Source of the DNA: Octopus sinensis
Taxonomy: Eukaryota
Length of the DNA: 64,000 nt
NCBI RefSeq assembly: GCF_006345805.1
Contig: NC_043002.1
Coordinates: forward strand, 118,234,001-118,298,000
Direction of reading: 5' to 3'
In this document: one piece after another, positions 1 to 13,559 of the stretch
Layout of the letters: every line of letters starts with the position of its first letter
How positions within the stretch are numbered: position 1 is the first letter of the stretch
Made by a program: the position numbers and the translations under genes
Notes under the pieces: generated by a model
The model's database searches: none
The model's input: only the letters and a program-made list of their open reading frames with translations
Told to the model about the DNA's origin: nothing

Positions 1-1499
1 ATTTATCCTGCAAGAGATAAATCAAACTTGTTATAGTGGGCTAACACATAATTATCAACCAAATGGTAAATTACTCCTATAGTTATGATTTGCAGAAGGA
101 ATAAAGAAATTCCTAACCTTTAATTCGACTCAAGTTCTTGTTTATTTCACTGTAGTTTCCAGCACTAAAACTTATGATTCTCTCTATTCTTCAATATCAT
201 TCCCAAATCATCAGAAGATACAAACATTTCAGAACAAATGTGCTCATGCTATTTCTAAGGTTCTTTTCAAAAGAAGTACACTTCAACAGAGGTTAAAAAT
301 CATCCTGATTTTTAAGAGTGTCAACTTCTGGGCCTCTTATTTGACTGACTTTTCCTAATATATATTCCTAGAAACTGTTATAATAATTATTAGCAGTATT
401 CATTGAAGAAATATATATATATAAAACATTACAGGTAGTGGTAAATTATTGCATATTCTAAGTTTCCAATCATCATAAACATTAAATAAAAGCTAAAAAA
501 TTTTAATTGGCTATGTATATTATTTTCTGGACATTGATTTTGGAATGACTAAGTAGTAAATATACAATGTAAATGTTTGACAATCAACATCATAGTCATC
601 CTGTATTTTGTTTACTAATCTCAAGAGTTACTAAACCCATACACTTTGCCATCCAATCACTCTAAAAAAAGTCTCTATAAATTATAAATTGATCTTTTTC
701 CACTAACAGGTCTATACAAAACTGTATATAAGTTGTAAACAATTAGTCTACAATAAACATAATAGTCAACAATTGGCTTTGGGTGGCCATACAATCTAGT
801 CATAACAGACATCAAGTCACAAGCATATCCCATTAGAGACGGACAAAATAGATATTTCAATGCAAGATTGCACATCTGAAATATGTTAGTCAACATATAT
901 AAAACAGGAGGCTTTAAAAACTTTGTTTCAGAATAAATGTTGTTTATAAAGTGTCATCAGACATAACAATAGAGGTGATACAATTCTTAAGTATCAAGAA
1001 AATCATTTTCCTTCATTATCAAAAACAAACTTACTAAATAAGATGGCAGTAAAAGTAAGTGCAGGTATGATGGTGTGGTTAAAGCTGGTTTCCCAACCAT
1101 GTTATTCTGAGTTTGATCCCACTGTGTGGTACCTTGGCTATGTATAACTTTACCAACTCAGCTTATTTCATTTTCTGTCTCTCATTTGCTTCTTCAATAC
1201 AAATGGAAAGTTTTAACAGAACCATCTGCTTGGCCACTGCCATCAAGCAGAGAAAGAGGTTATCTCATCCCTGCTCCTATGGCATCCTGCTGGAAGTGTT
1301 TTCTCCAGGAAACTGACATTTCTAGATACTGTATCTCGGGACTCAGGGCTGGATATTAGAGATCGAAACACAGCAATGCAGGAAGGGGAAGGGGATTGCC
1401 AATGGAGTTCTGACCAACCATAAGTTGGTTGAAGGATGATGATGATGAATGGTATTAACATAAGAGTTTCTAGGAACTTCAACTGCTTCACCAGGTCAA

Positions 1500-2650
1500 C
1501 TTTCAGCTCTTAGTCTTGCACCATTGTAAATAAACCTAAGAAGGTGGACATGGCAGCTAGTGCCATTTTCACACAAGCCTTGACAAAAGTGTATTTTTCA
1601 TTGGGTAAAGGTACTAGTAATGGCTAATCCCACCATGGATGATGTCTGCTATACCCTTCAGAAACTGATTATGCCTCAAGTGGTAGCACTCCTTGCCCAC
1701 AACTTCCAAATAGTTATTACAGATGTGCTCCATGGATCCTCTCACTAGTCACAAGCGGCAAGCTGATGATCCCCACCTTTCTTCAACATTAGTTGAATGA
1801 GTTCAGTAGGATGTCATAAAACTCTTGGATAAAGAATTTTATCCTGTGGGGCTCTGCTTGCCAAAACTCAGGCCATGAGACTTTGAATGCCATTGCTTGC
1901 TCCCATCTTAACCAATCTCTCTGATGCTGTATCCCAGCTCACTTGCACGCTAGATTCTTCTCAGTCAATGACTGCATCTTGCCATAGTGTGGTTTTGTAC
2001 AGCTATTCAAGTATGATGCCCACCAGTACTCTATGCTTTAGCTGTAACTCTGCAGCCTCAAGAGCTGTTACTGTTCTCCACTCTGTCCTGTCCTGACATC
2101 AAGACCAGCCAAAGAGATTTTGGGGTTGCAGGAGTTTAGCTATTGCAGCACTTCCACAGCTTCAGTCACCATGAATTTGTCTCTCAGGCTGTGGACAGGG
2201 AGCTTGAATTTGCTATTCTATTCGTACAAGGCGATGCTGCTCATGCTCTAAGGAAGTCATCTGTAGTCCTTGCACTGTACTTCAACAGACTTTACCTCTA
2301 TATTCATTGCAAACGTGAACAGGTCACTGAAATGGAACATTCAATTATAAATCCCTCTCTCTCTCTTTGGCCTGCACCATCTTAGAATGCTGAAGAAGCA
2401 GGAGAGATTCTCTGGCTGAAGCTGACAACAATAAGCCAAAATGAGGTTCCTGAATCTGTCAGGGAATGGCAACTTGTTCAAAGCCTCTTTAACTAGCTTA
2501 TAGATAATGAATCTATAAGGTATTTGCAAAATCCAGCCACAGCACTGCCAGGTCTACTAGGTTCTTTCAGGTTTCCTCAATCAACTGGGTTACCACACCT
2601 AAGTGCTCTAAACAGATGATATCTTTGGGAGACCTTTCTGAACTGAGCTA
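1500..2650 (+). mobile_element. Very old CR1-like LINE remnant
   Basis: Weak degenerate motifs (ALLAK, LYFNRLYLY-type C-terminal segment); many stops. Confidence 0.35.
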
Positions 2651-3403
2651 TTAAAATAAAAATTCCTCAAGAGGTAGACTGTCACACACCTAGCAACAGT
2701 GTTGAAGAATATATTCCTATCAACAAAGTAGTGAGATCATTCTAAACTAACTGATTATCTCCGATTCTTCCTCCTTTGGAATTCATTAGGCAGTTCTTAT
2801 ACACTTTATTAAGTACTCCACTTGATTCTAGGTCAGAACCTTGCCTTCCTGACTACCTGGTTTCAGGCTACATGGTCCTAGTTTCAACTCACTTTGGTTC
2901 AAATTTTAACTATTTAGTTCTATCTTAACTCACACTGGTCCCAATTTCACGCCGAAAATTATGGTAAGCCTGTATACAGCAAACTTTTGAGATGATAAAA
3001 TACTAACAATTACAAAAATTCTATAAGACATCAGAAAGAGAAAACTATTCTGGACATTTAATTAAAAAAAAGGTTTACAGAGATCTTTTAATAGGAAAAT
3101 AAATAGGAAGAAAGGAAGAGGAAAACCAAAATTGATGCAGATAATATCAAGAATTCTAAGATCATACCTAAAAAATACTGTGAATGAATAAGGACAATAC
3201 AAGAAAGACTAAGATATGTCATTCAAACTTCCTGTGTGTGTGTGCACATGTGTCACAAATACGGTTGTGTGGTTTATAAATTCACTTCCAATGACATGGT
3301 TTCAGGTTTAGCCCCATTGTGCAAGACCTTGGATAAGTGCCTTCTAAATCACTAAGCCAAACAAAGCCCTGTGAGTAGATTTGGTAGATGGAAAGAAGTC
3401 TGA

Positions 3404-3436
<33 letters not shown>

Positions 3437-4783
3437 CAGCTTGACTTAACATCACTGAATAGTTGTAAATAAGTGTCACCATCATACAGGCAATGTTATT
3501 TGTTTACAACCTTCTGTGAAAACATGTCCAGTTACAGTGGAATATTTCCTTGCTTGGAAACAAGAGAGAGTTGGCAACTGGAAGGGCATCTACTCATAGA
3601 AAATCTGCCACAACGAAATCCATCTAATCTATGAAGCATGGAAACATGGACATTACAATAATAAAGATCAAACTACATGGTTTCGGGTTCAGTCCCACTG
3701 CGTGGCACATTGGGCAGGTGTCTTCCGCTATAGCCCCGAGCCGACTGGAGCTTTGTGATTGAATTCGGTAGGCGGGAGTTACTGCCGTGTGTGTATAGCT
3801 GCTCAGTGCCTCTCCGAAAGAGAGAGAGGGATCCAATCACATTACATTTTATATTATTGTTCCTCTTTGGCATACCATATACTAATGATTGAGTGGTATG
3901 TTTATACCCCTGTCTCTCTCTGATGTTGAGGAGCTTCAGTCATATATCAGTGTTCTATTTGTTCCATATAATATCAATGTGACCCAAAACTGACATGTGA
4001 TACTGAATAATGTTCATTAGACAATTTTTCTGTTCGTTGTGTCATCTAGGTAAATGTAAGGTGACTAATACTGAAAGATAGTAAAATGTAAAATGGTGTA
4101 AACAAAGAACATTAATGTGTAACACATTTCAAAAGATCATAGATATAAATCCACTTGGATATCTGGATATAGATACACTTGCAGAAAAGATAAAAACTGT
4201 AATTGGGACAATCAATGCTACAATTCTAAAGCAGAAAACATGGTAATGACTGCGGTTTCCATAGCTGTTCAATAAATCAGGTTAACAGTCACAAGATACA
4301 ATTTTATATAAGACTACTCTGAAGGTTAAGTGACAGAAAAAAAAAAGGTAAAGAAAACTCAAAGCAAGGTTTCTGTGGCCATGTTAACAGGCATGAGTGT
4401 AGATATTCTGATAAACATGAAGGTTATGGCTACTGTAGTACACAGAATAGCAAAGGAGTAGGCTATTAGTTTTGTGGTGAAAATATTTTCCACAAAGGAT
4501 TTTTCTGGAAACTAGTGACCTAATTAATTACAAAAAAATGTCACAGGTGATGCCCTTCCACATATGACTAAGCCTTAATAAATGAATAAATAAATAAAAC
4601 AAAAACTAGAATAAGCTTCAAGGAAACAAACAAATCTTACTTAAAATGTTTAGCATTTCTATAGAAATCCATCACAATATGTACAATATTTAAACAATGC
4701 AGTTTTTACAAATTTCTTTCTGATATATTTATAAGATAGTATTTATGCATGAAATAATTTAATGGTCACTTTTATCAGCATAG

Positions 4784-4862
4784 CAACAAAATACATTAAT
4801 ACAAAATACATTAGTGAGTAACAAAATACATTAATGAGCAACAAAATACATTAATGAGTAAC
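4784..4862. repeat. ~21-bp minisatellite
   Basis: AACAAAATACATTAATGAG-like unit about 4 times. Confidence 0.7.
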
Positions 4863-5811
4863 CTATAATTTCTGTTGAATAGTAACAACTTGAAATTTTT
4901 AGACACATTGATTTAATGTAAAACATATACCTTAATTTTACCTTTAAACACACACTTATATTCCATTTGTTATAGTTTGTAGCAGTTCATATTACTACTA
5001 CTATATACTATGCTAATACTAATATGCATTTTTGGAGCAAAAATAATATATCATTATAAGTGAATTCCAGTTTTCAAATAGATGTACTGTATCTTTATTT
5101 GTTGTAAGAGATAACTGAAAGAGTTGGCAACAGGAAGAGTATTGTGTTATAAAAAAAACCCGTCATAGGAAATTCATCCAACTATTGTCAACATGGAGAA
5201 ACATGTAAAACAATATTATTGTGAGTGCATGTGGGTGTGTACGTATGCTTCATATGTTGAAATAACTCTAACATGATGTAACAGTCTTCATTTACATGGT
5301 TGCCAGACAAGTTTCATTTCTAAATGATCTAACAAATTATTCTATTCATTTTTAATGATCTTTTAATGATGACCTACAAACATATCCTGCTTAAAATAGA
5401 CATTCTTAAATGTGATATAAAAATACAACTATTTTAAAGCATTAAATGAAACTTAGCTTGGCATGAAGTACAGGGGCTGATTATATATGGATATTAATAA
5501 TGATATGTAATTGTAAGATCCAAGGATGGAGGTATAGGAAGTTAGTAAGCTTTGCACAGTCTGTAGTAGGTATAAAAAAAACAACTTTCAGGAACAATAA
5601 TAGTTTACTGGCGGCATAGAAGGTTATAGGTTTTTCCCATATTAAAGTTTGATAAGCTGAAAAAAGTTTCTTTTTATATTCATGGTTAGCAAACTAGGAT
5701 TGCTATGAAAGTGAATAAAAATCCAAATTGAGGGGATGGAGCAGGTAAAAATTGAGGCTACAAATGATTCCTAGATAGCAGAACCTCAGAAGTAATAATT
5801 ACTCAACTGGG

Positions 5812-6146
5812 AGTACTCTACTAGCTACTCATCAGGCTGAAGATACCTTAGTTAAATGAAGGTTGTTGTCAGGGGATCCCAAGTTAACTTGCTGGAGATG
5901 TAATTTAAAATGAGTAGTGAGGCTGGAAGAACAGGGTGAAAAAACAAAATAGAAAAACATGTGGAGGAAGAAATAAATGGTATTTTCTTCCTCCATGTTT
6001 TTCTGTTTTGTTTGTTTCACTTTATTCTTCCAGCTTCACCACTCATTTTAAATTACATCTCTGGCGAGTTAATCTGGACTCCCTAGAGAATGTAACCTTC
6101 ATTTAACTAAGGGATCTTCAGCCTGGTGAGTAGCTAGTGGAGTACT
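5812..6146. repeat. Imperfect fold-back element (~165-bp arms)
   Basis: AGTACTCTACTAGCTACTCATCAGGCTGAAGAT...ATCTTCAGCCTGGTGAGTAGCTAGTGGAGTACT, centre near 5978. Confidence 0.75.
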
Positions 6147-6184
6147 TATGTTCCAAATAGAAGCTTAAATTAAATTAAATTTTC

Positions 6185-6570
6185 AGTGGCTGTGTGGTAA
6201 GAAGTTTGCTTCCCAACAACATGGTTCTGGGTTCAGTCCCACTTCATGGCACTTTGGACAAGTGTCTTCTACTATAGTCTTGGACTGACTAAAGCTTTGT
6301 GAGTGGATTTGTTAGATGGAAACTGAAAGAAGCCCACTGTGTATATATGTGTGTGTCTTTGTGCATGTGTTGTTGCCCCATCTACTTGACAACTGGTGTT
6401 GGTGTTTTCACATCTCTGTAACTTAGTGGTTATCAAAAGAGTCTGATAGAATAAGTACCAGGCTTTACAAAAAGAAAATAAAAAGTACTGGGGGTTGATT
6501 TGTTTGACTAAAATTCAAGGAAGTGGCCCAGCATGGCTGCAGTCTAAAGATTGAAACAAGATAAAAACCA
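6185..6570 (+). mobile_element. tRNA-derived SINE, same family
   Basis: Same head, linker and tail; further degenerate copies at about 3265-3835, 34650-35010, 46125-46460 and 46985-47230. Confidence 0.7.
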
Positions 6571-7469
6571 AAAGATAGTAATGTTAAAGCCATTGCATTA
6601 TTTCTCCCACTAGACATGATTCTACTTAAAATATTATCATGAAACATTTCAGTACATGACAACATTTAATTCATATTTGGTATGTTATGATGTGATTGAA
6701 TTCAAGCAAAGTTAATTATACAGTTAATCCCAAGTGACAAATGTCCAGCTTATGAGAATCCATAATTATGGGCCAACATCTGTGGAGCCTACATTAAAAA
6801 TTCAATAGTTAGTCATAACAAACAGGTAGTTTATTTGTAAGGCATATCAACATACTAAATGCTTCAGTAGTTAAAGTAAGGAAATGTCAATCCCATTTTT
6901 TTTAAAGCTAGGTGACAAAAACACTGAAGCTTGTGTGTAATTTGAGCTAGTTGGCTCAAGTTTTTCTTGTAACCGTATTTCCTGTTCAAGTGATAGTGAA
7001 GCATTAAGGAAAAAGATTGTCTATGATCAAGTGGAAATACCAATGAACAGTAAAAGAGCATTTGGTTATATACAGGACAATGTTGAAAGAAAAAATGAGA
7101 ATAACTGAACATGTAAAAAAAAAAAAAAAACTGTGTGTAAGTAAAACCATTTTGACTAACAGAAAAGTATTGCTATTAAAAAAATTTTGTTTTGAAAATT
7201 TATGATTTTTTTTCACCTAGCCCCTTTTGTATCTGTGGAGGGCCTGAGGTCATTGCTGGGATTTAAAAAAGGTATGTAAAAGATAATTTATTTTAATAGC
7301 ACACTTTTATGTTAGTAAATATGCTTTTTGTTACACACACATACTCACTTGGTGTGGTGGGGGTGGGAGGAGAATTAAAAGATTTAAATAACAAAATCTT
7401 TTTCTTTTCGCTGCTTAAATCCCAGCAATGGACCATCCTTGGGCTAAACAAAACTGTGTGCTATTTCCG

Positions 7470-9960
7470 CATTATCATTCCAAGATAATTTGAAGAAGTA
7501 AGATATTTTAAGGCTAATATTCTGCTCAGAGGAAATATTAGATGAAATTCTTATAATGCAAAGCCATTCTTTATACACATCTAAATCATTAATCAAAGTG
7601 AAGCCGGGGAAAATAATTAACGAAGAACTTTTAGAAGTTTATGCCAGTGGCAGTAAATGGGTTTCTCTTGAAGTAGTTGTTCAACAGGTAGAGAAATCTG
7701 CAAATGTATGGAGACAATGGAATTGATGGAAATGGAAGGGTTTCTTCAGATTCTTACCTAAATCCCAGTATTGAATCAATATTTCATTCTCTATCTGGCA
7801 TGAATTATTTTGCTTAATTGGATTTAAAGGAGGTACATCTTCTACTAGAAATGATTTATATCCTGAAGCAAGAGAATTTGTTACAGTAAACAGACAAATT
7901 GGTCTTTAATTTGGACATATCTTCTGTAAGAAATTAAAATGTCAATACTATGTTTTAGAGAGCAACTGAACATTTTGGAAATAACATTGATAATGTTACT
8001 GTTTACAAAATAATGCATTACAGTAGTGCTTAAACAAATTTACATACAAAGATAGATAACATCATAAAAAGGTTGAAATTCATAAGCATGGTGATCAATC
8101 ACCAATCAAGCTAAATTTGTGTTAGAGATTTATAAATTGTCTTTTGGTGAGAGACAAAGGGTATAACAGAGGTCATTGTTTAAGAGTGAGAATGGTGGAT
8201 GTAAAACTGCCATAGAAGCAATTCAAATCTTTTCTCAGACTTGTTAACTCCTATGGAAGACTTACAGACCATTATTCAGATTGTATATCACTGCTTGCAT
8301 CAGTTTGTAAACATGGTATCTCATTTTTAAAGGCAGTCAACAACAAAAGACATTTGAACATAAAAAGCTGATGTAAGTATCAAAGCCAGTAGTCCATATA
8401 ATGCTGCAAAAGAGTTACCTAAAATGATTAATGCAAATATAAAGGCTGTATCATATATGTGAACAGAAAGAAAATATTCAAAAATTGAAAGAAAAGTCTT
8501 ACTCTCAAAGACAATGGCACTTTCTGCTTGATTGAAAATTTTAATTGTTCTCAGATAAGCCACTAGAATTATTTAGATGACTTTGCTTCCCAAAATTAAC
8601 ATTTGCTCCAATTATCAAATGAGTCTTATAACCAACATAAGTTGATTATGAATATGTTAAGGGATACTCAAATATCATATGTTGATGTACAATTGGAATT
8701 CATTAATGATGTTGGTTAGGCGAGGGTCATGATAATGTATCTTTTCATCAGTCATGCAGAAACTGATATCATAAAATGTAAAAATATAAAGTTGGAAACT
8801 GCTAATGTTATTTTACCAAGGAGGAGGATTTGAATGTTAGAAGTGCAGCACTGGCACAGAAACGCGCAAGCTTCAACATTTGTTCCTCAGAAGAAGAGAG
8901 GTTGGTAAAACAGCCAGACTTGCTATCTTCAATTCAGTTTCCATGCCAATCTTCATCTATGGTCAAGAATGTTGGGTAATGACTGAAAGAGTATGATCAT
9001 GAATACAAGCAGTCAAAAAGGGGTCTTCTGAAGGATTTCTGGAGTAAAGTTACTTGATGGGGTACATGGCTTGGAGATCAAGGAGTATTTCTAGAATGAG
9101 CTGCTCTCTGCATTTTGAGGCCACAACTCTGGTACTTGGACATGTAGTCAGGAAAGGACTGCAAGACAGATTCTTCAAGCTAAGCAACTGGCAGGAGACC
9201 CAAAGATAGACCAAGAGTGAGATGGTTCAATAATATCTGTTGTCTCAGTTGATCATGTTTGGGAATCCAGAAAGAAAGTGTAATGATAGTTGTGTCTGAT
9301 GGAGGAGGTGTACGAGGACTCTACCTCATGACCCATCAGGAAAAATGAACAGTAAAAATGAGTGGGTGGATGGATATTTAGGATTTTTAATTATAATTGA
9401 TGTAATTTTTCTGTTGTTGACAGACAATTGCAGTTATTAGAAAATAAGTTAACAGTTGAAAATGGTATAACCTGTTTTGAAACACAAATGATAAAATGTG
9501 TGCATCATGATGTACATTGTAGCTCAACAGCAATGAGGAACTGATTGAAATTAAAAAAGCAAAGTGACCAGGTTACAACATTTGATATGTCACACAATGC
9601 ACACATAAATTAAAAGGAAATTAAAGCATGCATATGAACAATCCTTATGTCAAGAATTATGGGCTCTTCTTAATATTTATGATGCACATCCTAGATGGCC
9701 AAAAGTAATGATATAATAAGAAAGAGGGAGACAAGTATTAAGAACTGTGTTTACCAGAAAAGGTGTTTGCTAATGAATTTTGAGATAATGACTTTATGTA
9801 CACAACTTTATAAGATAGGATGTAAACTCATGAATATGCCTCTGTACATTCCATAATCAAATGAAATTGCTGAGAGACTGGTCACATTTTTGAGTTATTG
9901 GAGAATTCCTCACTCAGAAAGCCTGTTTTGTTCATCTGTTTTGGTTGGCAGATGAGTACA
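7470..9960 (+). pseudogene. Decayed Gypsy/Ty3 pol remnant (RT, RNase H, integrase)
   Basis: Fragments in shifting frames: FA*LDLKE and EFVTVN (RT), ERKYSKIER and DKPL (RNase H), DAHPRWPKV, VLRTVFTRKG and SNEIAERLV (integrase), in Gypsy order. Confidence 0.6.
8870..9335 (+). mobile_element. RTE 3' fragment inserted in the Gypsy remnant
   Basis: PIFIYGQECWVMTERV..GRRPKDRPRVRW resembles RTE C-termini. Confidence 0.55.
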
Positions 9961-12900
9961 ATCACCGAGTACAGTGTTTTATGAAACTACAGTTCCAGTT
10001 TGGTATCAATGCCAGAATTAAAAAGGAAGAAAAAATAAAAAAAAGCCAAGCCACATTTATATGCTATATTTATATAGCAAACAGGAAATAAGACAGCTGT
10101 GATTTTTAAGGGCTGAACAGTGATTTTTAAGGGCTGAACAGTGTATATTAGGGCATGCAGAGCAAACAATGACAAATATTGATAGTGAACCAAAATACAA
10201 AACCAGTCTCTCAAGCTTTCAATGATATTCTGGAACCTATAAATAACGATTGATTTGACAACTGTTAAAGGACAAAGATAGCAAATAATATTAAGCAAGG
10301 TTCTTGAATGAAAAAGAAAAAATGTATTAAATGAATTTATTTTTAGGCTACATGATGTCATTGTTGTGTTAACACTATTGCAAGCGTTTTGTGTGATTGC
10401 AAAAGATTAGGTGTGTTTAAGGTGGCAGCTAGTTTGACGTAACAGCTTGGTTATTCAGACAGGTAAAACTTCTGACTGTAAAGGATTGTGTGTGATTACA
10501 ACCATATTTGGATAAACACTATAGGACAGGATGATTTCTATACCCACACATCCAAGTACACACACACACACACACATTACATCACTCTTCAATTATAAAT
10601 ACTGTAGCTACATTTATCATTTTTATTACTTGCTGTCAATGTGTTCAGACACGCTTTCTTATTGATCATGAAGATTATAGATTTACTAAGTGAAACTAAA
10701 TTGCAAAATATTTCTTTTTGAATTTATCCTCATACAGGAAGTCTTTTGACAACTTGGAAGTTTGCTGATAGGAGGTTCAAATAAAGAAAAAGGTTAATTT
10801 TCAGGCATTTGGGTGGGGGGTGCTACACACACATATACACATGCACACAACATGGTGATGTAGAACATCTACCTGAACAAATAAGGTGAGCAAAACAAAA
10901 ATAAGGAAGCTGAACATAAAAAAATTATAAAGGAAACTAACAGGAATAGGTTGGCAGCAATTGCACTTTCAAAAGACAAAAAAAGGTGTTGTTGCTGTTA
11001 AGTCCATCATTAAAGTTCTTCACATCAATGAAAAATTAATTACACATTTAACAACAATGCATTTTGCCAAATGAAAATAATTTTGGACTTTACAAGTCAG
11101 CAACAAAAGCGCAGGTCCTGGCCTTGTCCTTTGTTTATATTACCGGCAATTGACAAGCAATAAATACTGTTTAGATGAAAGAAAAAAGTTTGGCTACACT
11201 ATGTAATGAAAAAAAAAAAATGTCTTTGCTTTAAAATACACAAATAAAGCTAAGTAAATAGACATTTCCTATGGGAAGCAAAGGTGTCTTTTATGTAAGC
11301 TGTATGTTCTGTTATGTGCTGTAAAATGTGTACGAATGGATAAAAACAAGAGGAGAGGCAAGGATACCTCTCTATGTGGTAAGATTTCCAGCAAGTAGTA
11401 TATCATTCAATCAGTTAAGAGAGTAAAGATATAATTATACTAAAAACCACAACAAATCTTGTGAAATACAGCTACTCAGAGTTTCCTGGCCAAAACAGTA
11501 ATTTATTTCACCATGTATCAAGCTGGTAAAATAAGACAGTTTAGCTGGGTGGGGATCTCTATAGATTATGATAACTCCATCCTACACACCAAGACTACAA
11601 AATGATTCCAGAGCTGTGCTTCATAAAGGATATGTAGAGAAGGGTTATAACACTGGTCATGTAGGGCAGAAAACTTAGTTGTGTCACATGTAAGGGTCAC
11701 TTACATGCAACACAACTTTCTAGCCTTAAGGTCTTGAAAGACAAATGTGAAGAGAAAGCAGCTAACAGTAGCTGATTCCATTCAAACAGCTTAGACAGTT
11801 GCATCACTGGTTGCAGCTACAAAGATGACTAAAAAATTCACTTCTTCCTCAGTCTCAGAGTTATCATCACTGAATATCTGCCCATATCGTGCCACATAAG
11901 TAAAGAATTAAGAGCTGACATAATCTTGTCTTTCACAATGGCCCTTGTATTTCTTCTAATTCATTGGGGGATATGACTATGAGCAGATATGTGACATGCT
12001 CAGTCAGCTTGTCTCTTTGCCCCATCCTCAGTTTTAAACACAGTACAAATAGTTCCTTCCTCACTTCTTATAGGAAATCTCTCTCTACCTATCAGAAGTT
12101 ACCTCTATTTGTATAATAGCTTCAGGCAAAAACACGTCTTCATTACAGTGTTTGCAAACAGTTTTCCTTTCAGCTAGAATGTCAATATTCATTGTTTGAT
12201 ATTTGCAAGGAATACTGACAAAGGAGGACAAGGTCAGACCAGCACTTCTATTACACACTCGAAAATTCCAAAATTCAGGTTCCTTTCCTTCACCCTTTCC
12301 ATCCATACTCTTATGTGGGATAACCTAGCCACCCCCCAACTACCACAACGTAATACTCCCTTATCACCCACACCATTACCATTCTGTCCCTCTCTTGTTC
12401 ACAAACACCTGATACTAATTCCTTTCCTTTCTCATGTTCTTCCCACTTCTCTCTTATTACTTTCTCCACTACCATACTCGCACAACTATAAATCTGTTGC
12501 TCATCATACTTTACTCTCTTTCATCAACCTGCCTAAAATAATCCAGCTCTCTCTCTCTCTCATCCTCCTTCAGTTAAAGGGGCCCCTTTAAGTTTTTCAA
12601 GTTTTAAGGTGACTTCACTAGTGCAGATACCACAAAAAAAAAAGCTCCAAGTATGCTTTGTGAAGTGGCTGATGTTAGGCAGGGCATGTAGAAACCCTGA
12701 CATTGGAAGATGACATCAGATTCTCAAACACATCAGATTCTGCTGAACTACCTAATCCATACTGGTATAAAAAATGGATGTTAAATGGTGATAATGAGGA
12801 AGATTTAAATAACATTTATTTAAGGAGAACTAAGAATCTGAAATTTATAAATGTGTATGTAATTAAAATCTCCAGATATCAAAGGGCTTGTAATGTCACA

Positions 12901-13559
12901 CAACTAGAAACATGTAAAAAGGTATTCTATTCACTGTCAGTGGATAAAAAGTGTACATAACTAGGTTGAGAAATTAAATCCAGCATTACCAAATCTTCAT
13001 GCAGATATTCAATTCAACTATGTTTCTAAACCCAAGATAGCAACAATATTGACAAGTTCATGAAATTAGCTAACAACTATCGTACAAATTGGCCATACAG
13101 TTTCCTAAATGAGAATACTACAAGTTCTTCCATACATCATTCATATCTGGATAGTACTTATTTCATTGACTCTGAGAGGATGAAAGGCAAAGTTGACTTT
13201 GACTGATTTTAAACCTGGAAGAAATGCTAAGCGTTTCATCTAGTGTGCTAACAATTTTGCCAGCTCCACCATTTTTGATGAATAATGTTGTAGTAAATAG
13301 AATGGAAACAAAAGTAACTGAAAATGAAGCCTATCTGTGTAACAGACATGAAATTTTGGGAGTTTTAGTGAATCTTTAAAATAGCATGGATGTCCTTACT
13401 GACACCACATTTAAGTTAACAAAACACTAACTACACACTAAACCCTTTTGATATCAACCTGGCTGAGATTTCCCCTTGTTCTACACTACAAGCTTCATGT
13501 TATAAAGAGAGCTAAATCTTCCATCAAAATTTCATGTTAATTTATGTTCCAAATATAAA

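Noticed and set aside
10353-10584. Possible Gypsy 3' LTR (TGATGT...ACATCA)
   Set aside because: No polypurine tract immediately upstream and no matching 5' LTR found.
11880-12306. Minus-strand ORF with CKHC, and a similar region at 60141-60600
   Set aside because: Possibly decayed LINE ORF1 remnants, but motifs are too weak to call; not host exons.
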